In this document: in pieces, positions 43,126 to 58,723 of the stretch
How the letters are laid out: every line of letters begins with the position of its first letter
Position numbering within the stretch: position 1 is the stretch's first letter
From: the human T2T-CHM13v2.0 reference genome, Homo sapiens
NCBI RefSeq assembly: GCF_009914755.1
Contig: NC_060927.1
Reading direction: 5' to 3' (one strand)
DNA length: 64,000 nt
Translations under genes and position numbers: made by a program
Notes under the pieces: model-generated
Seen by the model: only the letters and a program-made list of their open reading frames with translations
Database searches by the model: none
Told to the model about the DNA's origin: nothing

Positions 43126-44059
43126 GTATTCTAAATTTGGGCGGGGGTGAGGGTGGGGGAAACCTGTCCTTTCTGGTTGTTTGAATTCCAGGTAAAAATA
43201 GGCTTTGCCTATTTTAGGGCATGATATTGCTATAGTTTGGGTAAATCTAGCCATAGTGTTTATTCATTCATATTTATCAACTTTGTGCTGTACACAGTAT
43301 ATAAAATAACCTTAAGTATTTCAGCAAATGATTTGGGTATTAATGCCAATTTAAAACTGTGCTGAAATAAATTTAAGGGGGAAAAAAAGAAAACCTCTCT
43401 CATGTAGCCAGATGAACCTGGCAGGGAATCTGAATAACATTATTATCCAACCACATCATTTAAAAAACCTGCTCAGGCCACATGGTTGGCTTTGCTGCTG
43501 TGATTATGGAAACAACTTTTCACTTTCTCCTCCTCTTCCTCTTCTTCCAACTGGCCTGCATTTTCAGTTTTAAGAAGTGGCACAGTAGTATTCTTGGGAT
43601 CTTAGAGAGAATATTGAAAATTTAATTCACAGTATCTTTTAAAGCAATAAGAAAATAAACATCTGTTAATATTTATTAATTTATTTCAATTTATTGTTTG
43701 TTATTTATTAATATAGATGACACTGGTATTCTTACTGGATCCTTATGTCAGAAAGTAATTGTCTTATATGCAAGGCATCCTGAGGGAAGACGGGTGTATC
43801 ATCATGCCAAAGGTTGGAAAATGTTCCCCCACCTGTTCTCTTTCTGCCTATAATGATGAATTTGTCTTTGTGTGCCTGATAACTTGGATTTGCAGGTTAT
43901 ATTATCTAGTTTAAACTAAATTCACTCTTACCAAATGGACAAGTGGCTTAAGAAGCTTCCAGCAAGGAAGCTGCAGATGTTAAGATAATACTAATAAAGA
44001 AAGCAAAAGCAAAATACAAGAACAAGGCAGAACAAACATTTCTTCTACTCTGTGTACAA

Positions 44060-44517
44060 GTGCTTTCTCAGTCATATTGTGAAATAAGAATGATGACCTA
44101 ATGGTATGTGTCAAGATGTCAGAAATTATCAAGAACATTGAAACAGGAAGATTGACCAACCATTGTTAATGGAAAAAAAAACTCATCCTAAGTGTATGCA
44201 TTGTTTTTTACACCAGTTAATGATAAGTGCACACTTGATTGGCAGACACTTTAACTCTGAGCATCCAGAAGCTATTTCTCATGACAACTCAAAGTGGGTT
44301 TTTTTGGTATAATTAAAAATAAAATAAATAATGATTTAAAATAAGCTTATCTCATCCTTTAAAAATTCCATATTTGTGCATGGTTTATAATGCACATTTT
44401 CCATAGAATGGGACATGTCTATAATTTATAAATAAATTTTAAAATCCCATATGTTAAGGGTATCATGCTAAAAATGTGTTTAGGGATGGGAGTTAGCAAG
44501 TTTGGAAGACACCCTGG
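44060..44517. mobile_element. Possible hAT-Charlie relic
   Basis: Ends aagtttggaagacaccctg, like a Charlie TIR; left boundary uncertain. Confidence 0.35.
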
Positions 44518-45295
44518 GGTAAATGGTAATTTTAGGCAAGTAATAGATAAATTGTATATAAGTTTTCTTTTTTTTAATACTCATCATGACTTTAGCTGAT
44601 ACAAAAGAAGCCTTGTTTGGCATGTATTTTTTCCAGGTTTCTCCAGATGCTCAGAATAAGTTTTTAATAAGCTCAGGAAAATATAGTTAACCAGTTGAAA
44701 AATTATCAAACGGCTAATGCTCTTTTTGTTAGGAATTAGTCTCCTCATAAATCCTTTAAAGGCCTATTTCTTTTCTTCACATACAAATGAATGTAATTGT
44801 ACATTTTGTTATAAATAAAGGCACTAGAGAACTTTAGCGGGCTGAGTTTTCCATTAGCTCTTTTCAAATTCTCTCAGCCCTGCAGAGAAACCCAAGGTTC
44901 ATTATGAAAAGAGTGATTTGCCACTAATCAGCAGTTCCAATGGCAATGAAGACATGTTTGTGTGTTCTAAGGCAGCTTAATTAGACTGTACTCTGAGATT
45001 TGCCTCACAAACCAAGCTAATAAGATTATTTTGAAACATGTGTTGAACTACCAGACCTCATTTATTGAAAATTAGTTAGAACAATTTATATTATAGGATA
45101 AATAATCAGTAATTTACCAAAGCTACTCAAAGAATCTTCTTTTAGCATGGCCATTGCAGAGGTCAAGATGTGGTAAAATATATGAGAAAAACTGCATAGA
45201 GATATTAATAACATATCCTAAACAAGTCCATCCCCCAGTAGTGTTGTCTGGGGTCTGAAATAGCAGTGACAAAGGCTTTTTACTGTGGTTTTTTC

Positions 45296-45296
<1 letters not shown>

Positions 45297-45358
<62 letters not shown>

Positions 45359-45390
45359 CGTATATATATGTGTATATATGTATATATATA

Positions 45391-45424
<34 letters not shown>
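45297..45424 (+). repeat. Compound (TA)n(TG)n microsatellite
   Basis: Directly visible; (TG)21 core with an alternating purine-pyrimidine run of about 130 bp. Confidence 0.97.
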
Positions 45425-45439
45425 CACGTATCTGTTGCA

Positions 45440-45635
45440 GGAGCACAGTCTAAAACGTCTAGGAAACTAAGATTTATTTGCTGTGCTATCTTGGGTAAGT
45501 TATTTAAATTACCACGCTTAAGTTTCTTTATCTTTGAGATGAAGACAATAATGATATTTTTCTATAATATAGTTGTAAAGATTATTAAATGAAATAATGC
45601 AAATAAATGTCTTATCAAGTAAATGGTTAGCTGTG
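45440..45635 (+). mobile_element. MIR SINE
   Basis: gctgtgctatcttgggtaagttatttaa...agtttctttatct..gatgaagacaataat...gttgtaaagattattaaatga. Confidence 0.7.
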
Positions 45636-46185
45636 AGTTTATGTTTAATAATTGAAAATTATGTCATTATAAATAATTTTAATGGTACACATAACCAGTT
45701 ACAAAGAGTGATGTCATACTTAGTATCAGGCCTTAATTGTGAAACATCAGAGATCTAAAGATTTTAATATGTGGTGACATCAATGTGAATACATGTCTTT
45801 TACCCTCTATCAGGAGACATTAGTTTAAACAAATAATGAATAATTTAAAAGTAAAACTTTTTACCAATCAATGTAATATTTCCCTTAATTTTTTCTAAAA
45901 TTGACCAATGACTGAAATAGTTTATACCAGGAAGATGGTCATGTGTAGAAAACTTCTCTCTAATACATGAAATTAGAATAACTGATCTAAATTATCAAAA
46001 TGAAAACTGCCTTCAAACTCAGCTATCATGTCTCACCTGTTCATTTTTGTTTGTGTTTCCTAAACCAATGTTATGGTAAAAGAAATGAAGCTGAAGAAGT
46101 AAGGACGTAGACGTAGAGCCTAATTTTTGTTGTTTAAATAATGTATTGTCTCTTGAGTCATAGAGGGTGATCAAAATTAATAATA

Positions 46186-46480
<295 letters not shown>

Positions 46481-46661
46481 TCAAGTAAATCCGATTCAAC
46501 CAAGATACTTCAACAACCTCCTGGGTCCTGGCCATTTGACTGTCTTTGGGCAATATCTTAAAGCTGGTGATGCTGGGAGCAGCAGCTCAGTTAGCCAAGA
46601 TGGAGGGTCTAGTGGCAACATCTTTGTAAACCTTTTGGTCTTGTCACTGATGTTTCTAGTC

Positions 46662-46699
46662 TGTGTGTGGTGTGTGTGTGTGTGTTTGTGTGTGTGTGT
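46662..46699 (+). repeat. Imperfect (TG)n
   Basis: Directly visible. Confidence 0.9.
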
Positions 46700-47644
46700 T
46701 CAATTACTATTTCTTTATATTCCTTATTTTTCTTCTGTTGAAAATAAGAGCTGGTACTTTGAAGGTATAAGTTTCAGGTAAGAACCACATCTCCTTACAA
46801 ATCACAGGGAAGACACTCACCTTGAAATGCCACATCAGTAGAGGACAATGGAACAAAGCTCTGCACATACCTTTCTTCTAGACTTTTATTTCCATGCAGA
46901 ATGATTATCTTTGTTGATATCTGTTTAGGAAATCTGGAATTCTAAAAGATCAAGTACAGTTGTTTCCCAGGAACACTACTAACAGAAAGTACAACAGTAT
47001 TCCTACTAAAATTCAGCTTTCTTTCTCTTGGTCTATAAGTTTACAGAAAAGGAGAATGGAGCCAGCCCAGTAGTGCCATGCCAAGGTGAAGCTCAGATAA
47101 GCCCCTCAGTAATGCCTTTGCACATTTTCACATTCTTGTTAACTCCAGCCTAGCAATGATTTTCTAGCCAAGTTTTGTGGCACCAGTTCCTCCCTGCTTT
47201 AGTGTACCTTAGATAAAGCCAACTCTGGTTAATAGTTTTCACTCCCTGTAATGAACATAAAAACTTAGGTTTTAGCTGCCCAACCCTTAAATCCATCATA
47301 TTTTGATCACATGACCATCTTCCTGGAATTTCTCATTATGTGAGTTTTAGCAGTTCGTTGGATGCTGTCTTCCTAGAAAATATATGGAAAAATAATCCCT
47401 CTTCTCTTCCCTGGACAGCTATGGAAGAGGTGAGTGACCTGCAAGCCATATGTTTCTACTCAGCACTCTGAATCTTAAGCAAGTGATATAAAAAAAGGAG
47501 AGGCCATTTAGAAATTATACACCGGAATGTTGTAGTTCTGTGGCCAGCATTGAGTAAACAGCAGCAGTAATTCTGGAGTGCCAGCATCTTCTTAATTACA
47601 CATTCTTGCTTGTTTGTTTGTTTTTGGTATTTAGGTGGTAATTC

Positions 47645-47940
47645 TTTTTTTTTTCCTTTTTTTTGTAAATTTTTGAGACGGGCAGGCTTGAGTGCAGCAG
47701 CACGATCTCTGTTCACTGCAACCTCTGCCTCCCATGTTCAAATGATCCTCCTGCCTCAGCCTCTCCAGTAGCTAGGATTATAGGCCTGTGCCACCATGCC
47801 CAGCTAATTTTTGTATTTTTAGTAGAGACAAGGTTTCACCATGTTGGCCAGGCTGTTATCGAACTCCTGACCTCAAGTGATCCACCTGCCTTGGCCTCCC
47901 AAAGTGCTGGGATTGCAGGTGTGAGTCCTGATGCCTGGCC
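47645..47940 (-). mobile_element. Alu (S/J-type) with small deletion near its 3' end
   Basis: cactgcaacctctgcctccc...ctcctgacctcaagtgatccacctgccttggcctcccaaagtgctggg. Confidence 0.92.
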
Positions 47941-48617
47941 TAGTTGGTCATTCTTTTTGTCCAGCCCTTCTTGATTCCAGGCCACTTTTGAGCCTGTTTC
48001 TAACATTACCATCCACTCTGTGAGGATGTGGGACATTTTTTCCACAATTTTCTTTGTGACTTAATTCTAACCCACCAGAATTTGACCTTTACTTTTCTTT
48101 CTAGACTTATCTCTAATTACACCCCTCAACAAAAACCATATTACTGTCAACCTGCTTGTCATTCTCTGAAAACATTCTATGACAAGCAGTTGTTCTCTCT
48201 TCCTCTGCCATGCCATCTCTTGACACATCTTCCATTCTTCATGTCCCCATGTGAATCTAATCATCTCCAATTTGGAATTACTCTTTCCCTTACTAATGGG
48301 AAGGCAGCATCATATAGTAAAAGAGAGTCATTGATTGGGACCCTGTCAATTCCTCTCTACTGTGCTTTATAGTCTCTATTGGATTTTATAGTTCATCTTT
48401 CTTCCAGAGAAATATTTTAATTTATTTGAGGTAGAACAGTTCAAAAGCAACATATGCATTCATCCAAATGATATTATTCCCTGCTATTCTAGGGATAACA
48501 TAAGGAAAGAATTATTGAAACAATAACATTTAACATGTTAAATTTAAATTTTATAACGTGAATAGTAACTCATAGTAAGCACTCATTAAGTAGCTAAGGT
48601 TTGTTGAGAAAAGTAGT

Positions 48618-48971
48618 TGTATTAGTCCATTCTCATGCTGCTATGAAGAAATACCTGAGACTGGGTAATTTATAAAGAAAAAAGATTTAATTGGCTCACA
48701 GTTCCGCATGGCTGGGGAGGCCTCAGGAAACTCACAATCATGGCAGAAGGCACCTCTTCAGGGGCGGCAGTAGAAAGAATGCGTGCCAAGTGAAGGGGGA
48801 AGCCCCTTATAAAACCATCAGATCTCATGAGAATTCACTCACTCTTGAGAACAGCATGGAGGAAACCACCTCTGTGATTCAATTATCTCCACCTTGTCCC
48901 ACCCTTGACATGTAAGGATTATTACAATTCAAGGTGAGATTTGGGTGGGGACACAGAGCCAAACCTTATGA
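48618..48971 (-). mobile_element. MaLR solo LTR, THE1C-like
   Basis: tgtattagtccattctcatgctgct...gggacacagagccaaacc; TSD gtagt / gtagc. Confidence 0.92.
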
Positions 48972-50577
48972 GTAGCAAAAAGAGGCGAGGCTTTTAGCTA
49001 GAATCATTTTCTGTTGTTTTGCAACCAGACACCCTGATGTGAATTTCTGCTTAAGGTTCTGCTTAAAAATTACCCAGCTTTGTATTGCATAGAGAATCAA
49101 GTCAACAGTAATCAGTTTGATTTTCAAAACTACCACATATGCCTGAAAAAATATCTAGCCATTTAAGATGGCACCACAGGATCTGACAAGGAAACTAGAA
49201 ATCCAAAAACTGTTGCCAATAATTAGCATTGTCAATCTTCTCTTGCAGAACTTTTGTTATGATCCTTGAAGTTAATTGACAGCAAGCCTTGATGAACTTA
49301 CGGGGAGGAGAAGATAAAAAGTAATAATAGAATAAGAAAACAGAAGTGTGATGTAAAGTAGGTATACCAGGCTATTATTTTAAAACCTTTGATATGTCTA
49401 AGGTTCTAAAAATGCAATCTCTTGGAAAGTTGATTTTCAGCTATAAAAACTATTTGGTTAAAGAGTAGAGTTTTGGCTTTCTGTTGGGTATAGGCTAATT
49501 ATGCTAGTTACCAACCCCCACCCCAATGTGGTTACTAAGTTGTACTGTGCTGGAGTGAAGCTGTATTAGGGACTTTCTCTAGAAAACTCATTTTTATATA
49601 GGACCTATTAGTATAGAGATCTGCTTCACAAATTAAATAAATAGTTGTAATCTAATAGCCCTGCTTCATCATTCTTCTCCACCCAGCAAATTCACAAAAT
49701 GTAATTCCAGGAAGAGATGGGTATTGGGCATCTGTAGGGTAAGATAGAGTGATGAGTATGTGACCTAGATTATTAGATTGACTTCTACCGTGTATTTTGG
49801 TATTGATTTTGTATTATCCTTATATAGAAATCCTATATTGAAATGTTCTGGTTTTGGGAGGATATGATTATATCCCTCCTGTAAATTGCTAGAAGGTAAA
49901 TTGCTTTCTACTTAAATATTGAAGATTGAAATATGTCTGTCTGTGTGGTGAACTTAGCTGTAATGCAATGGCCTCTAACAGGTTTTAGCCACAGAACTCT
50001 TTATTTACATGGAACTGTATGCTGAAGACTTGCATGTAAAATATATAAAAGTGGAACTCTTTGTGGCAGCGTAGAATATCAGGAACCTCCATTTTGCTCC
50101 TTGTCAACCTGATGTTTTTTATACCACAATTGTCACTCCTACACAGTCACTCCCATGAAACTCATAGGTGATCTAAGAACTGAGGGTTCCAGAAGTCTGA
50201 GTTTAAGCTAAATGTCTTAGTATTTGAATATATATATGTATTTTTTAATTAATGTATTATTATGTAATGCAAGATGGGCATGTAAGCAGTGCACTATGTA
50301 TACGTAAAACATTTTAATATAGACTGTTGTCAATGAAAATTCCGTATGTTTTCTACTTTTTTAAAACATATCTTTATCAAATTTGTTTTTTTTGTTTTTG
50401 TTGAAACCATCTAGATAGAACTCCTATTCTGATCATAATTCAAAGCCACTAAGAAGTTAGAAAAAGAGAGAGAGAAATCACAGGATACTGCAGTAGGAGT
50501 CTCATATCCGGGGCTAACTTACTGGCCATGTAACCTTTGGATGCATCTCCTCCTCTCTGAAGAAATGGAGCTGGGCT

Positions 50578-50765
50578 CAAAGTTTCCATATTTTCTAAAA
50601 TTTCCTAAGGATAAGGATCACCTGTGGTACTTGCATTGCTAAAAGTACAAATTCCCACACTTACTCCAAACTCACTAAATCAGAATTTCCAGGAGAAGGC
50701 CTGGGAAGCTTGCATTTGACAGGGTCTCCAGATGATCTGCATCATTGAGAGTCTGGGAACCAATG
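50578..50765. mobile_element. hAT-Charlie MITE, MER5-like
   Basis: gatcacctg...actaaatcagaatttccaggaga.ggcctgggaa...ctccagatgat...agtctgggaaccaatg. Confidence 0.65.
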
Positions 50766-50976
50766 AACTCAACATCTCAAACAACCATTCTGATTTTAAA
50801 AGCCTATGATTCTCTGTCTTTGTAATAAATGTTTTCAGTGAGGCCGTGGAGTTTGGAATAGAGATGGTGGCAGAAAGAAAAAAAAACTCATCTTTTAAGA
50901 CAAAAATGGTGTTGAATTTAGCATTTTCCATAAAAATGTTAAAATAATTTAAAAATATGGAAGAGTTATAAGTTAG

Positions 50977-51614
<638 letters not shown>

Positions 51615-52879
51615 TATAAGTTAGATTTTATTTTCAAGCTTCTTCTTTCAATTGGTGATTCCCTGTATTTTTTCTGGGTCCGTATTCTGTTTGGGGTGTT
51701 GTGGGGACTAAAAAATAGATTGCTATCTGGCTTTAAAAAGAATCTGTTCAAATTAGTATCTTCAGAGGCATCCATTGGCTTCTCTGGAACTTAGCTATCG
51801 GTCAGATGTTAACAATAAGATGTCATTCGTTCTTGGTACCACGGTTGCCTCAAGGCTGGCTGCTGCTTTTGTTTCTCCTCTGCCACTCCTGAGAGCATAC
51901 AGATTCTTCTACAGCTCCTGGGGACCAGGAAATCTCTGTGAACTTGTCTAAAGTCCCATGTGACTAGACATAACGTACAGTTATTTTCTTTTTGGAGTCT
52001 TGCCCTCTTCTTGTATATCCACCCCACAAGTAATGCACAGATTCCTTTTACTCATGAATCCCACAAAAATTGCCTGGGATTTTTATTAAACAGCTGTGTT
52101 AGAATGTTGCTTTGTATTTAATTCAGTTTTAAAAGCAACCTAGCTGAAATATAGACGCAATGTGCTACAGTAACATTTATTTGTAATACGTAATAGACGT
52201 AAGCACATACTTTTCTCTAAATCTTAATTGCAGCAAATATTTAAGTATCTCTTTTTAAGAATAATAACTGTTTTTCCCATGTTAACCTGAATTGCTAATT
52301 TGTTAAATAGGCTCTCTAAAACTTCATTCCAAATACTTCAAGGATTTCTTCATAGCTTAAATATAACAGACTATTATAATATATGCCGGTGGTGAGTAAT
52401 CTAAGGCTTAATCAGGTGGTTTATCTCAAAATATTTTTTGAAATGACTTCAGGATAGAGAAATTAATTTCACACATAAATTGAATATACAAGTATCTTTT
52501 TCAAAAACCATGTAAATATTGTTATTGTCTCCCTATAAAAATGTCAGTAACATTCTGAAAAATTCAAAAATATTGCATCATTTGTTCCACGGCTTGCTTT
52601 TTGAGTTTATGACTTTACTTACGTTATTTGTCTTCTTATTGAAATTTATTTTGTCTCCCATGACATTGGAAGCAATTACTTTAATCTGTTTTATTTCTTA
52701 GAGAAATTCCTGATGTTTTTCTTGAAATGTTGACTTTTATTTCATATCTTACAGCTTGTTTGTGATACTAGAGACATCACATTTTTAACTGAACTAAACA
52801 TAATGAAAGCAACTAAATGCCGTATAGCATAAATCAATAGTTTCCATTTTCTGCTTTTCAGTTTTTCCCACATGGTTAA

Positions 52880-53360
52880 ATAAACGTACTTCAAACAACA
52901 GCATGTATTCTATTTTTTAACACTATATTATAATATAAATCCTTTTTTGTATTGCTACTTGGTCTTTACGACCATCTTTTTAATAATTACGTAATATGCT
53001 GACAGTTGCTTTGCCCTAATTTAACCAGTTCCCAAATTGCTAGGCATTTAGCAAAATCCATTTTTAAAAATATTATAAAGAACCATATATATAAAACCTT
53101 CACATACATACATTTTAGCCGGAACTAAAGAGGATGATACTACTGGGCTAAAGAGTGCTAATGTTTTTTTACAGCTTAAGCCATCTGTAAATGACTTTAC
53201 AATTAAACCACCAATTTCGAAGTGTAACAATTTTAACGTATACTAACAAGAATACTTCTGATAAATTTCATAGCTATAAAATGATGTTTTGCTCTTTTAA
53301 TCTTCATTTACTTGATAACTATTCATAGTAAGCAACTAATAGTATCTCCTACTGTGTGAA
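52880..53360 (-). mobile_element. Ancient L1ME 3' relic
   Basis: ctaatttaaccagttccc..attgctaggcatttag...ataaaaccttc...tactgggctaaagagt. Confidence 0.45.
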
Positions 53361-54284
53361 TTAATAGTGGTTTCCTTTTATACTTAGCGTAGATATTGCT
53401 ATAGAAATTCTGATGTAGAGAGGCAAAATACAGGACAAAATTAAATGCACATTAAAACAACCATGAGGAAGTGAATAAATATTATTATATTATTATATAT
53501 GAATTTTTCTTTACTTTAAACTCATTCTTATATTTGAAATCTTTCCTATATAATTTTCTAGTCAAAATTTAAAAAATGATTTTTTATATAATTTCCTCTT
53601 ATTTGAAAATCATCCATGGAATTTTCTATTTATAGTACTCTGTCCTAAGTGTTGAGAAAAGTTAAGGTGATAAAGTTGGTACAATTAGTATAATTATGAT
53701 GCTATTGAGGATAGATACTATAGTATGGCTGACCATCACCTTAAAAGTCAGCATCTTAGTTTTGCCTTTATGCTTACTTTTAACAAACGCTTTACCTCAC
53801 AAATTGCCTTTCAATATCAGAGAGTTAAGCTGTCAAATGTCAGAATTAGATTGGCTTGACTGCCTAATTAAATACAGATGCATCTGGAAAAGTGTTCTCC
53901 TGCTCTCACATTTCAGTCTAATATCTGCTCAAATTCATGATGACCCCTACATGGCCTCAACTTTAGAGCAAGGACAAACAGACAAAAATACCAACCCTTT
54001 CCTGTGTCATTGCTTAGTCAATTCTTTACCAGAAAAAAGCAATGATATATATGTGAAGACAAACGTGAAGGCAGACGGGGCACCCCAAGATGGGAGAGGC
54101 CTATACTGACATAACTCAATAATAGGGAGTCAGAATACATGCATGTCTCACTCTCTCAATGATCCCCACTATTTTTCAGAACTGTCACAATGCATTGAGA
54201 AGGAGATGAAAGTGGTTGAAAGTGGTGACTGCCAGTTTTTAACATTCTTGCCTAATGACATCATGCAGAAAATGGGAGGCAGCT

Positions 54285-54455
54285 GGAACTGAGAGGAAAG
54301 AATGCTTTAAGTCAGAAAATGTGAGCTCTAGCTCCAACCCTGCTCCTCACTCACTGCATGGTGTCAGAGAAGCCCCTCCACTCTTTAGAATGAAGTTTCT
54401 TTCACTGAAAAATGAAGGAGTTGATCTTCATGAGCTACAAGATTACTCATGATTC
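54285..54455 (+). mobile_element. MIR/MIR3 relic
   Basis: aagtcagaaaatgtgagctctagctcca...aagtttctttcactgaaaaatgaaggagttg. Confidence 0.55.
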
Positions 54456-56984
54456 TAAATTTCTGAGATTCTCTGATCACCAGTAGATGAAAATTTCATT
54501 TCTTGAGTGCTTTGGCTAGCTTTATGATATTGTGAAAAATTGCAGCAAGGCTGAGATGCATCTATGAACACAATAAGCTCAGCTGGTTCTCTCTCAAGCA
54601 GTGAAAGAGGCAGTGCATTATCAATTGGCCTGAAGAAAAATCTATCATCTACATGATGTATGTAAAGGGTAAAGATTAGGAACAAGCTGGGAGATGAGAA
54701 ATACTTTTAGGAATGGCAAAAATAAAGTCATCTAATAGATAAGATATTGAGTTGTATGCCACCATTAGTAAAGATTGTTCCTGAGAAGGCCACACTCGGA
54801 CAATGCAGTGACCACACTCAGACATGGCCAAGGACTATTCTCTTTCTGTTAAACTACAGATGGTAGAGAGGGCACCACACAAAGATGGAACTTCTACTGT
54901 GTGTCTTCTTTACTAGGCGCTGGGCTAACCACCTCTCAAAGGTCAAGTCAATTATTATATTTTAAATTTTTCAAAATAAGCAGGTTATTTGCGTGTAGGT
55001 AAGAAAACTAGCAAAAACTTAGTGTCTAGCTTGAAACATCTTATTTCAACATTTTATTGAAAAGAACAAAGTAGAAACCACCCAAGCATATATTTTTCTC
55101 ACTTTTCAGTGAGTCAGAGTTGGAGGGGAAGGAGACAATAATGTGTTTGACTTATAAGTAATGACTAATCAAGAGCTATGCAATTGCTAATTTTGTATCG
55201 TTCTTGAGCAAAAGAAGGTATTTTTACATTCATAAATCTATTCAGTTTTCTTTAAATACAATGAGTGAAGGTTAGATATTTTTATATTTTAAAATGAATA
55301 AAGAATCAATGTTTATAATACATGAAATTATAAACCACAGGCAGATTAGCAAATGGTAGGCAAATCTTATGCTACATTTACTCTGTCCTTATTTACAATT
55401 GACCTCTACTGGGCCTTTTTTTTCTATTAGAGGCTATTCCAGTGAAACATAGACTTTGAAAGAATTTTTTAAAATACATATAGCATAAAATGCAAAGAAA
55501 AATATCCACTAAAGGCCTAGGGCCTACTGGGAGCATAATACATAGATTCCACAGCATTAAAAGATTATGTTATAATAATGATAATGGTATGGAGTAATTC
55601 AGTAAACAAATGTTCTACATTTCATATGGAACAATTAGTTGGTAACTTTGCTCTATTGAACTGTATACTGGACCCCACTTCTTAGGATCTGTATGAATGC
55701 AGATAACTTATTTCTTCTTTCTGTGCCTTAAGTTTTTATTTTTGTAGAACAAATTTCATAGTTAGTTGAAATATATAGGGTTTTTATGAGGATTAGACGA
55801 AATCGACACGGAAAGTCTCACAATTGACACATATAAAGAATTTAATTAACAATGCCTTTAAAATAAAATGAAAAAAGCCCACATCAGCTAGAGGTCTTCA
55901 AAATCTCAGCTTGGTCTTGTACCAACATTATAACCCAGGAGAAATTACTTTAGCTCTTTGACTTTAGATTTCTTATATGTAGAATGAGTTAAAGATATTT
56001 AGCTTGCAGCATTGTTTCAAGCATTAGTGATAGTACATGTGAAGCACTAGCTTGACATTCAATAAATGCACTTTGTAGGTGTCAGCAAAATATTACACAT
56101 GTATAAATTCATGAAAATGAAAATGTGCAATTATAAAAATTATTAAAAATCTGTTTAGATTTTTACACTCTTGGATTTAAAAACGCTTTAAATATTAGTG
56201 CTTCATTTTAATATTTATGGTTATTTCTATTATTTATCTCTATGAATGAGGTAAGATTTTTATAACATCATTAAAATGTAATAATTCAGTATGGAAACAA
56301 TCTCTGCAGTTGGAAAGGAAATAGATGAGGGTTAGACTTAATGATTTTTCCCCCAAAATTTTCTTATATACTTATTAATGAATCTTTAAAAACAAATAGA
56401 TGAAAACAAAGTGAAGAAGAGTTTAGTGACTAATATTTATTTGTATTTGCTAAACAATATTAGCATACTGTTTCCATGTGAGAGAAGGTTGGGGCTTTTG
56501 GTGTTTGCTGTTGGCTTGGCAAGTGGCTGGGACTCTATCCACGGAGACAATGTTTATCATCTCATATGCTACTCTATACACCTGGCTTGGTGTTTCAGTG
56601 TATTATCTTTGAATTGCACTTAATGATATTATAAATTTCCAAGCAAATCCACTGGGTTATGGTGAATCCTGTTATTTTCATCTTAGCGAGAGACTACTCA
56701 GATCTGTTATTTTCCTGGAAATAGAAACCAATAAGAAATGTGATGCTCACACACCATTGTAATAAAGAGCAAAACCAATCTAAGTTACAAATTTTATGTT
56801 TTACTGATTTGGTCCAACAAATTATATTTATATGTGATTCTAAATTCTTTCCTATAATGATGGTTCTCAAACATTTTCAGACCAGGGACCACTTCAGCAA
56901 GAGCAAATGATGTTTTCTGCCTAGCAACAGGGGTATACAGCTCACTTCTCATTTAGAATATGGTAATTATTTCTGATATTTAGC

Positions 56985-57455
56985 TAGGTGCATTTGATGT
57001 CTCATTAATCCCTAACCTCAATTCTAGATTCTTTCTCTGCTAATTGATCAAACCCAGTACACCTAATGATTTGTCCTGATATTCCACTTGGTGGTAATAT
57101 TGTTTTACATATTCCCATCTCCTGCACATCTATTGTTTTGGTTTACACAATCTCCTCAGCCAGCAATTCTCTTCCTAAATATGTACTTATCAAAATGCCC
57201 CATTGCCTTGTTGGCTTCAGCTCCAGTAGGGAGCTTCCTAATTGCCCCAGCTGCAAGTGATTTTTCTGAGTGAGATCCTGGGACACTTTCCTTTGAAAGA
57301 GTCTGTATTACACGGGTATTCCATTTATTTGTGTACACATCTTATCTTCCCCATTGTAAGCCATTGGGGAGTTGCAACAATGTCATATATGTTTTTTCCT
57401 AGCACAATCCCAGCATATATATGACAATCAATATATAAATGTTAAATTAGTGAAT
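56985..57455 (+). mobile_element. L2 relic
   Basis: cttccccattgtaagccattgggg...cctagcacaatcccagcatat...aatcaatatataaatgtt. Confidence 0.5.
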
Positions 57456-57470
57456 CCCTCAAAATGACAT

Positions 57471-57846
57471 TGTATTAGTCTGTTCTCACATTGCTATAAA
57501 GAACTGCCTGAGACTGGGTAATTTATAAAGAACAGAGGTTTAACTGACTCACAGTTCCACAGGCTATACAGGAGGCATGGCTGGAGAAGCTCAGGAAACT
57601 TACAATCGTGGCTGAAGGTGAAGGGGAAGCAAGCGCACATTCACATGGCCAGGAGGAGAGAGAGCAAAGGGGGAAGTGCTACACACTTTTAAACAATCAG
57701 ATCTCATGAGAACTCATTTACTATCACAAGAATAGCAAGGGGAAAATCCACCCCCATGATTCAATCACTTCCCTCCAGGTCCCTCTCCCAACACTGGGGA
57801 TTACAATTCAGTGATTTGAGTGGGGACACAGAGCCAAACCATTGCA
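57471..57846 (-). mobile_element. MaLR solo LTR, MSTA-like
   Basis: tgtattagtctgttctcacattgct...caggctatacaggaggcatggctgg...gagccaaaccattgca; TSD gacat at 57466-57470 and 57847-57851. Confidence 0.93.
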
Positions 57847-58723
57847 GACATTTTTAAAAGAATCACTTTTCTCTCGATACATTTTGATTCCTCTGAAGGG
57901 ATTCATTGGAATATCCCCTGGGGAGAGAAACATTTTCAAATATTCCTTACCAATGTCTTAGATCCTAATAAAATCACTTATGTAATATACTGCTTCCCCC
58001 ATTCTACTGCTATTTTTGAGCTATGTGAAGACAAAAGTAAAATTACTCTTAGACTCTTTATTATAATATTAAATCAAATTAAAACCTAATTAGAAATGTA
58101 TTTTCTCACACTAGAAGGAAGTATATAAATCATCACTGATCTAGGAAAGTTTCCACCAACAATGGTGTCATTATCTAAAATGGGAAATTTGGGAAGAGTT
58201 TTTCTTTTGGAGGAGGAAAGATGATGAATTTTGTAATTAGACAAATTGAGTGTTTTATATTTTAATAAGAAATTCAATTGTTAATTATCTGTAGGTCATG
58301 TTTAGAAACTTTGTACAATTTATATATTTGCCATGGCCATAGGAAGAGTTTATTTTACAAACAGTACTATGAAATGATGGGCATTATCACTCTGTATCTC
58401 ATAGTGACAGAAATGACTATTGATTTTTTTGCTCTATGTTAGCTCTTGTAATGCCTGTGAAACAATGGAATGATTGAAGAGACCATTAGCCTTGTTCTTT
58501 TGCTTTTTAATGAGAGCACTTGATAACTTCATTTACTTTCCTATACTCTATTTTAGATCACTGCCTCTTCCTTGTTTTTTCCCTCTTCAGTTCATCATTC
58601 TGAGTTACCATTTACTTATTTGGGGCTGAATGCATTTGGCCAGGTTATCTTGCTTGGCTTCACGTGTCATGTTAAGAAAGTCATCTAAGGTCTGTATTAT
58701 TTAAAGAACAACCCAATTAGACA

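Noticed and set aside
43139-43159. G-quadruplex/GC-box motif gggcgggggtgagggtggggg
   Set aside because: Isolated motif with no CpG island or other promoter evidence
53696-54109. 137-aa ORF; also 29924-30328 and 46437-46781
   Set aside because: No domain signature or exon structure; two of them overlap an LTR or a microsatellite
58670-58723. Alternative LTR start at tgttaagaaag
   Set aside because: The sequence after the PPT matches 58724 instead
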